Source: Candidatus Altimarinota bacterium
GTDB taxonomy: Bacteria; Patescibacteriota; Gracilibacteria; 1-14-2-50-48-13
Direction: 5' to 3'
DNA length: 64,000 bases
Assembly: GCA_046314355.1 (NCBI GenBank)
Contig: JBKBWQ010000001.1
Coordinates: 896,001 to 960,000, forward strand
Shown: piece after piece, positions 20,403 through 28,103 of the stretch
How the letters are laid out: each line of letters starts with the position of its first letter
Position numbering within the stretch: position 1 is the first letter of the stretch
Made by a program: the position numbers and the translations under genes
The notes under the pieces: generated by a model
What the model saw: the letters and a program-made list of their open reading frames with translations, nothing else
Told to the model about the DNA's origin: nothing
The model's database searches: none

Positions 20403-20622
20403 TAAGCCCTCAAGTGAATAAGAATAAAAAAATTACAAGTGAAGATCTTGTTTATGAAAATTATCTCAGGCAAATACAATCTCTTATTAAACGCAGAAAT
20501 CTATATTAAATAGCATTTACTATAAATAAAAATACCGCGCAATAAGATTAATCGTTTAAATCCCGTTTGACTTTAAACAAGATAACGGTATATTAGACGC
20601 ATAATATATCCTAGTTATTTAT

Positions 20623-21393
20623 ATGACAGAAACATCCACCCCAACATCAGCACCCAGAGAAAGAAGCAATGCTTATCCAGCTATAACCTTGGAAGAAGCA
20701 ATTGAACATAGCAAGAAATTACTCTTAGCTTATCCAAAATCAAATTTTGATAGACAAACAGCTGCACTTGCTCTTGGTTATGACAATCTAAATGGAACAT
20801 CAACGCCCCGCATTGCTGCACTAGTTCATTATGGATTAATAGAAAGAACAGGTACTGTATGTAAGAACTCAGATATTGCACAACGCATCCATAACTTTAC
20901 AAGCAATGAAGAAAAAGAAGAAGCAATTATAGAAGCAGCACTTAATCCAAAAATCTTTAAAGCATTAATAGAGGAATATGAAGGCAAAGCGCTTCCCCCG
21001 ACGTTAAATAATATATTAGTGCGTAGCCATGGAATTAATCAAAAAGTTTCTGAAAAGGTAGTAAGAATTTTTAAGAATACCATGGAATATGCCAAAATTT
21101 ATGCAAATGGCATTATTAATACTCAGGAACTGAAGAAAGATCTTCCAAAAGCATTTAATGATAATCAAATAACTACAATACCAACCAACCCTTCTCCTTC
21201 TCAGATAACACCAGTAAAAGCGAAAATATCAACAGAACAAAATGACATGATAAGCATAAAGCTACCAAGTGGTGCAGTCCTTTACTATCCTCAGCATTTA
21301 GCTTATTTACTACAAACAGATACAGATTTCGGCAAAACACTCACTCAACTAGAACACATTATAAGTAAAGCTCTTAATAACGAAGTAAATTAA
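20623..21393 (+). CDS. Hypothetical protein, probable winged-helix (DUF5343-like)
   Basis: YPAITLEEAI ... IAALVHYGLIE ... NPKIFKALIEEY. Confidence 0.65.
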   Translation: MTETSTPTSAPRERSNAYPAITLEEAIEHSKKLLLAYPKSNFDRQTAALALGYDNLNGTSTPRIAALVHYGLIERTGTVCKNSDIAQRIHNFTSNEEKEEAIIEAALNPKIFKALIEEYEGKALPPTLNNILVRSHGINQKVSEKVVRIFKNTMEYAKIYANGIINTQELKKDLPKAFNDNQITTIPTNPSPSQITPVKAKISTEQNDMISIKLPSGAVLYYPQHLAYLLQTDTDFGKTLTQLEHIISKALNNEVN

Positions 21394-22330
21394 TGGAGCA
21401 TCAACTACGCTTAATAGAACATCCTTGGCAAAAAGTACTACCAATGATTAAGCTTGCCGGAGAGAATCACTACTTCAACACAAATCTTTTAGAGGATTAT
21501 CAGTTTTGGGAAGATTTAGGGGTATTTAGTAGAGACAATTTAGGGACACTTAGTCCTATAGGACAAGCCTTATTTGAAACACTCTTTATTAGACAGGACA
21601 AAAGAGAACAAGAGATTCTAAAAAAACAATTACTTACGTATCCTCCTACAATTGCAATACAGCAATATCTATGGGGGGGGGTTCAGAAATTACAATACCT
21701 CAAGTAATGACAGTCATAAAAATGACAGGATTTTGGAAAGATTCAACAAAAAAAGTACCTACACATTTTCTCGATTTCTTGAATTATGCTGGAGTTATCT
21801 CTTATCAAAAAAAATTAAAACAAATAAAAATACTCGTTTCTCCTGATCTACCACAAATTCCAAAGAATATTTATATTGATCCTGCACGACCTTTTTCAAA
21901 TATAATTTGGATAAAGAGAGTTTTAAGTGAGTGCTCAGATTTTATATATTGGATGGATAAGCATTTTCATAAAGTTGCGCTTGACTGGCTCTGGTCGACA
22001 GCTGATTCAAATAGAATTAGGAAAATTAGAATACTATCGCTTTCCTCTACAGGTAATAACAATGTTAACAAGGATACAAAAAAGACCTATCTACACTTTA
22101 AGCAAGAAATGAAGAACAAAGGCATCGAGGTTATCTGGTCAGTTATTGACAGTACGGAAATGAGAGATAGTCATGATCGCTGGATAATTGGTGGAAATAA
22201 TTATTTACTCAACCTACCAAACGTAAATGCTATCGCATCTGGACAACGATCTGAAATAAATCATTCTGACAATTACAAAGACTCATTGAGAGCTTTTGAG
22301 ACTTATTGGACAAAAAGTCAAGAACTCTAA
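21393..22330 (+). pseudogene. Frameshifted gene: N-terminal wHTH-like region plus C-terminal PLD-like (HDR) domain, split at a G9 tract
   Basis: ORFs 21393-21707 and 21671-22330 join if G9 at 21673-21681 were G7 or G10; IYWMDKHF, IRILS, SHDRWII. Confidence 0.65.
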
Positions 22331-22359
22331 ATGTACATTAGTTTTTATTTACAAATCTT

Positions 22360-23652
22360 TTACACCTCCTCATACCTATTAAAAAGCAGCTTATAAGACT
22401 TTGATCTAAACGCCAAAAGCGTCACGATCAACCCAATAACTCCGGCAATGATAAACACTAACGCAAGCCCTCTCCCCTCACCCACACCGAACCATCCTCC
22501 TATGAGATCCACGCCTTTTCCCGTAGTCATAAAAGGAATAAATATATACTGAGCTATCGGACCGATCAAAAATGCAGTAATCGGCATAGCAGACCACTCG
22601 ACACTTTGCGCAAAACCGAATACTCTTCCCTGTCTTTCCTGTGGCACCACCTTCTGAATAATAGTCTGCTCAGATGCTTCAATAAAAGGCATAAGAGACA
22701 TGCTAATTAGCATACAGATAAGGAGTAATAAAATCCAAGGCTGAACAGCAAAAAGCATACTCAGAGTCCATGATGCCATATTTACCAAAAACATTGTCCG
22801 TACAGGATTTTTTCCCAGTCCGAATTTGGAAATAAGAGTACCTCCAATAATAAATCCTATGCTAATCACACCCCAAACAGTTCCCCAGGTCTGTACTGAA
22901 ACAAGAGAGAGTCCATAGGCGTCCATGAGCGACATGTACACTCCGCCTAAGAAATTATTGAACATAGTAAAGAAAAGAAGCGGCAGCAGACCCGGTATTT
23001 TTCTGATCACTTTCAATGTTCCTTTGATATCCACTTTCTTTGGATGATCATCACTTGAGACAATCTTTTCCTCTCCAACAGGAATAAGCAGAAGATGAAT
23101 AATAGAGAGTACAGTCACCGCAATCACAGATGCAAGTACCCAAAACATACCTCCATACGCAAGCAGAAATCCACTTATGACAGATGTAAATAAAAACGAT
23201 ACACCAAAGATCATTCCCGAGAAACCATTTGCCTTATCTCTACTTTTTTCATCTACCAAGATACCGACAAGAGTAGGTATGGCGATGGAGCGTATATTCC
23301 CTGGTATTACACCAAAGAGTAGAAGAGTAATAAATGTCCAAAGTACTGGATTTGTAAGCACTCTAAACGATTCATCAGGTGTATTTAAAAATAATAATAG
23401 AGCAAGAATATAACAAATAAGTGACAAAGTTGTCCCTGCCAGAATCACATTTTTCTTTCTATGATGATCCACGAGAGACCCCAGCCAGAACCCTGAAAGT
23501 GTAGAGATAACAAGATAAATTCCGCCAATCAATGATGTAGCTACTACAGATCTAGTCTCGAGATAGATCCAGAATGTCACCGCAAACCAGACAGTATTAT
23601 TCGCTATAGACACAAAGAGCGAATTGAAAAGAATATTATAAAAAGTTTTCAT
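22360..23652 (-). CDS. MFS transporter (DHA3-like)
   Basis: ~12 hydrophobic segments; GSLVDHHRKK; QGRVFG. Confidence 0.9.
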   Translation of the reverse strand: MKTFYNILFNSLFVSIANNTVWFAVTFWIYLETRSVVATSLIGGIYLVISTLSGFWLGSLVDHHRKKNVILAGTTLSLICYILALLLFLNTPDESFRVLTNPVLWTFITLLLFGVIPGNIRSIAIPTLVGILVDEKSRDKANGFSGMIFGVSFLFTSVISGFLLAYGGMFWVLASVIAVTVLSIIHLLLIPVGEEKIVSSDDHPKKVDIKGTLKVIRKIPGLLPLLFFTMFNNFLGGVYMSLMDAYGLSLVSVQTWGTVWGVISIGFIIGGTLISKFGLGKNPVRTMFLVNMASWTLSMLFAVQPWILLLLICMLISMSLMPFIEASEQTIIQKVVPQERQGRVFGFAQSVEWSAMPITAFLIGPIAQYIFIPFMTTGKGVDLIGGWFGVGEGRGLALVFIIAGVIGLIVTLLAFRSKSYKLLFNRYEEV

Positions 23653-23690
23653 AGAAGAAGATAATTGCAAAATCATCTATTACAATAACA

Positions 23691-23724
23691 AAAGAGAGAG
23701 TATTTACAACTCTCTCTTTTTTTT
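23691..23724 (-). terminator. Intrinsic terminator-like hairpin
   Basis: AAAGAGAGAGT ... ACTCTCTCTTT. Confidence 0.55.
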
Positions 23725-23741
23725 CATGATATCTATTCTAT

Positions 23742-24119
23742 TTATTTAGCATTCTCATCAGGCTGATAGAGTCCAAATGTATTCCCCTCAGTATCAGCAA
23801 AATATCCCTGCCAGCAGAGTCCAGGTACCGCAAATTTAGGTAATACCACCATACCACCAAGAGTAGTAATTTTTTCAGATACAGCATTAAAGTCATCTAC
23901 AACCATAGAACATACAAAAGCATTTGCCCCCGTGTGATTAGCCGGCTTGGACATAGGTCTTTTCATCATACCTCCATGTGTTCCATCAGTCTGGATACGC
24001 CAATACTCCATAGGTATATGCTCGTCCTTATGGAATTTCCATCCAAAGACTTCTGTATAAAAACTCATAGCTCTCTCCGGTTCATCCACCTGTACTTCAA
24101 AGTAAGAAGGTCCGTTCAT
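23742..24119 (-). CDS. VOC/glyoxalase family protein
   Basis: FEVQVDEPERAMSFY ... DTEGNTFGL. Confidence 0.88.
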   Translation of the reverse strand: MNGPSYFEVQVDEPERAMSFYTEVFGWKFHKDEHIPMEYWRIQTDGTHGGMMKRPMSKPANHTGANAFVCSMVVDDFNAVSEKITTLGGMVVLPKFAVPGLCWQGYFADTEGNTFGLYQPDENAK

Positions 24120-24138
24120 AGTAAAAGTAATTAGTAAT

Positions 24139-25092
24139 TTAAGGACGTGAATAGTTCGTGTAGCGAGAAAGAATACCTTTTAGTAGTTCCTTTCTCAACA
24201 TAAGCTCTGGTGTAACTGCATGCAGCTTTTCTTCATTATATTCAAAATCTAGGAATACTTCTCTTAAGTAGCTGAGAGATTCTATATCTCTAAATACAAT
24301 AGTGTTTCTTTTAGCGTTCAGTTCTACAAGATTCAAAAAAGCATAGTCCTCTTCCCTAGTACAAAGATACTCCATTGCTTTACTCTTTTCTTTCTCCAAG
24401 AATCCCTCTGCCTGAAAGAGCTCAAGCTGTGAGATAAAAATTAATTTATCTGCAACTTCAATACTTTTAGAATCAAGCCTCAGTGCATTAGGAATATTTT
24501 GAGAAATATTTTTTACTACCTCAGAAAAATACTGTGCTTCGAAACCATCATCATAATCAAAGAATTTTTTTAAAGTTTCGTATGCATCCTTATCTTCCTG
24601 AGTAGTCATACTCATTTGAAAGATAAGGGTATTCGAAAGAATAGCAGCAGCTAAGAATTCAGCACTTTTTTTAGATATTTTCTCCAGTAAGTTGTGTTTT
24701 TCAAATTCCCGGACTACAAGCGTTGCAGCAGCGCCTATGGATTCTATGACAGCACGCTCGCCTATCTTTCCCCAGTATTTCTCAAATCCGGGATGGTGAT
24801 CCAAGATATGGATTATCTTATCTTCTTCCACACAAGATTCAAAAAACTTAGGATCTGAAAGATCGAGAATCACATATTCCTTCTCATCATACTGATCCAG
24901 AACGCTGTCATCTTTTTCATAGATACTTCTATCGATATATCCCTTTGGGACACTACTATTCATATGGGCAGTCATCAACGGCACTGCAGTTTTACCTTGG
25001 AGAGTAAGGAGCTCTGCATACGCAATCACACATGCAAAGCCGTCTATATCAATAAATTTATTTCCTGACGTCACCACTATAGCTTTCTTCAT
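24139..25092 (-). CDS. DHH family phosphoesterase (Mn-dependent inorganic pyrophosphatase-like)
   Basis: DIDG, ILDHH, GAAATLV, ILSNT. Confidence 0.8.
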   Translation of the reverse strand: MKKAIVVTSGNKFIDIDGFACVIAYAELLTLQGKTAVPLMTAHMNSSVPKGYIDRSIYEKDDSVLDQYDEKEYVILDLSDPKFFESCVEEDKIIHILDHHPGFEKYWGKIGERAVIESIGAAATLVVREFEKHNLLEKISKKSAEFLAAAILSNTLIFQMSMTTQEDKDAYETLKKFFDYDDGFEAQYFSEVVKNISQNIPNALRLDSKSIEVADKLIFISQLELFQAEGFLEKEKSKAMEYLCTREEDYAFLNLVELNAKRNTIVFRDIESLSYLREVFLDFEYNEEKLHAVTPELMLRKELLKGILSRYTNYSRP

Positions 25093-25115
25093 CGAATAAT
25101 ACTCAAAAATAGAAA

Positions 25116-25580
25116 TTATGAATTTGCAGCATCTTCAATCTTCTGAAGATCAATCTTTTTCATAGTCATCATTACAGGCATCACTTTACTTGCCTTAGGA
25201 CCAGAGATAAGCTCAAGAAGTCTTGTCGGTGCTATCTGCCAAGAAAGACCAAATTTATCCTTCAGCCACCCGCACTGTGACTCCTCTCCTCCATCTTTTG
25301 TAAATGCATCCCAGAAGTAATCCACCTCTTCCTGATCCTTACACTCAACTACGAAAGAAATGGATTCATTAAATTTAAAGGCAGGTCCAGCATTGATCAC
25401 TGTAAACTGAAGACCTTCAAGTTCAAAAGCACCAGTCATGAAAGTACCTGCAGGCATAGGACCTCCATTTGGATATCGGCTTTTACTAATTTCTTTTGCA
25501 TTTTTAAAGACAGACATATAAAAGTCCATAGCTTCTTCTGCATTATCATCGAACCAGAGAAACGGTGTGATCTTTTGCAT
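25116..25580 (-). CDS. VOC family, PhnB/3-demethylubiquinone-9 3-methyltransferase-like
   Basis: KITPFLWFD ... CGWLKDKFGLSWQI. Confidence 0.9.
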   Translation of the reverse strand: MQKITPFLWFDDNAEEAMDFYMSVFKNAKEISKSRYPNGGPMPAGTFMTGAFELEGLQFTVINAGPAFKFNESISFVVECKDQEEVDYFWDAFTKDGGEESQCGWLKDKFGLSWQIAPTRLLELISGPKASKVMPVMMTMKKIDLQKIEDAANS

Positions 25581-25720
25581 GATATATAGTTTTGAATAAT
25601 AAATTCGAGGAATAACCTATGGTAGCAAAGGTAGTGTTTTTTTGCAATGAGGTAAATGAGATGAGACCTTACTTTACTTTGACTTTAATAAAAAACGGGC
25701 TTAAGCTATTTTATTATTTT

Positions 25721-25912
25721 ATGACCGCATCTACTATGGATTCAAACAATGGAAACAACGCTGCCACAACAATAATTGCAGTAATTGCAATCGTTGTGCT
25801 TGTCATAGCTCTCCTGTTCTTTTTCAAAAATGGAGCAACCCCAGGGTCATCAACTACAAATGTCCAAGTACCTTCTCCAAGTGTAAATGTACCAGGCACA
25901 ACAGGACAGTAA
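25721..25912 (+). CDS. Small single-TM protein
   Basis: TM IIAVIAIVVLVIALLFFF, Pro/Thr tail, followed by a terminator. Confidence 0.6.
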   Translation: MTASTMDSNNGNNAATTIIAVIAIVVLVIALLFFFKNGATPGSSTTNVQVPSPSVNVPGTTGQ

Positions 25913-25930
25913 TTCAATTATGATCTCAAT

Positions 25931-25958
25931 AAAAAGCCGCCCATGTGGGCTGCTTTTT
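25931..25958 (+). terminator. Intrinsic terminator
   Basis: AAAAAGCCGCCCA-TG-TGGGCTGCTTTTT. Confidence 0.6.
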
Positions 25959-26080
25959 ATATAATATTTCCTGCAATTTCAATCTACTGACTTTATATAA
26001 ATCAATTCATCTAAATAAATAACTTGTAATTTTGCTCAGTATTTCTAAACTTAAAAGTATTACTGCATAATCACTTCTCT

Positions 26081-26335
26081 ATGAATTGTCCTGTCTGCAA
26101 TGTTGCTTTAGTTATGTCAGAGCGTCAGGGAGTAGAAATAGATTACTGCCCACAGTGTAGGGGTGTATGGCTTGATAGAGGCGAACTGGATAAGATTATA
26201 GAAAAATCTGCACAGCAACCCTCATATGATGCTCCACGCCCTCAGGAGAGAACTCAGCCGTCTCACTCACAAGAGACTTATCATAAAAAACCGCATAAAA
26301 AAGAATCCTTTTTTAGCGAGTTATTTGATTTTTAA
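26081..26335 (+). CDS. zf-TFIIB zinc-ribbon protein
   Basis: CPVC ... EIDYCPQCRGVWLDRGELDKI ... ELFDF. Confidence 0.9.
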   Translation: MNCPVCNVALVMSERQGVEIDYCPQCRGVWLDRGELDKIIEKSAQQPSYDAPRPQERTQPSHSQETYHKKPHKKESFFSELFDF

Positions 26336-26749
26336 TTCAGTCTCTAAAAAATAATCCGCAATTTCGCGGCAGTCATCAAAAAGAGCAATTGCTTTTAGTT
26401 CCTCTTTTGAGATCCATCTTATCTCTTCGACTTCATCTTTATCCAAGATACATATATCTGTATCAGCATAAGCATGATATCCAATAAGGATTCTTTTGGT
26501 ATTGCTTTTAACGTGCAGTGAAAATATCACATGCAAAGCTCTAATATTCTTAATACAAATACTCAGTTCCTCAGTTACTTCTCTCTCAAGATTTTCGTAA
26601 GGTGTTCCCTCATTGTTCAAACGCCCTCCAGGAAATTCCCATAAAGAGTCCTTTGTTGGACGACAGACAAGGAATTTATCCTGGTATTCAATAATTGCTT
26701 TCTGGGCGATTTTTCCTACAAAGTGCTGGGCTTCGTCTTCGATCATCAA
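26321..26749 (-). CDS. NUDIX hydrolase
   Basis: WEFPGG ... LEREVTEE Nudix box. Confidence 0.8.
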   Translation of the reverse strand: MMIEDEAQHFVGKIAQKAIIEYQDKFLVCRPTKDSLWEFPGGRLNNEGTPYENLEREVTEELSICIKNIRALHVIFSLHVKSNTKRILIGYHAYADTDICILDKDEVEEIRWISKEELKAIALFDDCREIADYFLETELKIK

Positions 26750-26911
26750 GATTGAGAGTAAGTTATTTTAACTACTTTTATCCAGAAATATATAAGTGTC
26801 AATAATTAGACTCTCTTTTAAATAGATATCTTGTCAAATAAACTAACCTATTACTCAGCTTCATATTACAGCATCAGGCACATGAGCTGTACAAGATAAT
26901 GATGCAGTAAT

Positions 26912-27190
26912 TATTTAACAACGTAGTAAGGCAGTGAACCACTCGCTATCGTTCGGGTACACTGCATGAACCCATTCGCTTTCTAGGTGAAATAAACCAA
27001 CATACTTGTAGCTTAACGTTTGGCGTGCCATGATGAAAAACATTCTGCAACTATTTAACGATGTAGTAAGGCAGTAAACCATTCACTAGCGCTCAGGTAT
27101 ACTGCATGAACCACATACTTCATTAAAGTACGTGAATTGATTTATGTGCATTGGCGTGCCATGTACCCGAGGCGATAGCCGAGTGGTTCA
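26912..27190. repeat. Structured repeat cluster 3' of tRNA-Gln (two 61-nt direct copies plus one inverted hairpin copy)
   Basis: 26912-26972 vs 27052-27112 (52/61 identical); TTGGCGTGCCATG at 27020 and 27151. Confidence 0.8.
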
Positions 27191-27264
27191 TGGCTCGGGA
27201 AGAAGGAATCGAACCTTCATTGGCGGAGTCAAAGTCCGATGTCCTACCATTAGACGATTCCCGA
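27191..27264 (-). tRNA. tRNA-Gln (TTG)
   Basis: TCGGGAA acceptor stem, CT-TTG-AC loop, GGTTCGATTCC T arm, encoded CCA. Confidence 0.95.
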
Positions 27265-27404
27265 ATATTGCTTACTTAACTCGTATATCTTATCGATTTA
27301 CCTCGTATCCGCAAGCATTTTTAGAAAGTAGAGAGTATTTCTTAGAAAAATCGATGACAAATATGAAAACAGAGTTACTATAAAATATAGAATTATTTTC
27401 ATCT

Positions 27405-28061
27405 ATGTTTCATTCCCCTGTATTAGACATCCAGAATACTGCTGCGCAAATAGCTTTTCTTAGGTCAAAAAGACTTAGGAAAGATTTTTATAAAAGAGAC
27501 ACACTTGAAGTGTTGTCAAAATGTCTTGGTAAGCTTCTTGTAACCTATATAGATGGAGAACTTACCGTAGGAAGGATCACAGAGGCTGAAGCATATCTTG
27601 GACATGAAGATAAGGCTGCTCATTCCTACAACGGCAGACGTACGGCACGTACCGCTATCATGTTTGAAGAAGGAGGATACTCATATGTCTTTGTAGTGCA
27701 TACTCATATGCAGTTCAACTTTGTCACTCAGGAAAAAGAAATTCCACAGGCTATACTTGTACGAGGCATAGAGCCAGTTATTGGAACAGATATCATGCAG
27801 AGACGCAGGCAAAAAGATGACCTTCTCTCTCTCGGGACAGGACCAGGCAAGCTCACAAAAAGTTTAGGAATTACAAAAAACCTTCATTATGGAGTTGATC
27901 TCACCACCAATGATTCACTTTTTTTGGCTGATGACGACTTTCAGGTATCAGATAAAGATATTATGAAAACAACTCGAGTGGGTATTGATTATGCAGAAGA
28001 CTATAGAGAAAAACCATGGAGATATTATATTAAAAATTCAAAATTTATCAGTAAGAAGTAG
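27405..28061 (+). CDS. mpg: DNA-3-methyladenine glycosylase (MPG/AAG family)
   Basis: GRITEAEAYLG ... AAHS ... GPGKL ... RVGI ... PWRY. Confidence 0.9.
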   Translation: MFHSPVLDIQNTAAQIAFLRSKRLRKDFYKRDTLEVLSKCLGKLLVTYIDGELTVGRITEAEAYLGHEDKAAHSYNGRRTARTAIMFEEGGYSYVFVVHTHMQFNFVTQEKEIPQAILVRGIEPVIGTDIMQRRRQKDDLLSLGTGPGKLTKSLGITKNLHYGVDLTTNDSLFLADDDFQVSDKDIMKTTRVGIDYAEDYREKPWRYYIKNSKFISKK

Positions 28062-28103
28062 GCTTTCTATGGTATAATAGATAGATAATTTTAAGAATAC
28101 TTC

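Noticed and set aside
26912-27190. CRISPR array
   Set aside because: Only two long degenerate copies, intervening sequences share blocks, and no cas genes in the window.
27144-27383. 79-aa ORF
   Set aside because: Antisense shadow over tRNA-Gln and its trailer.
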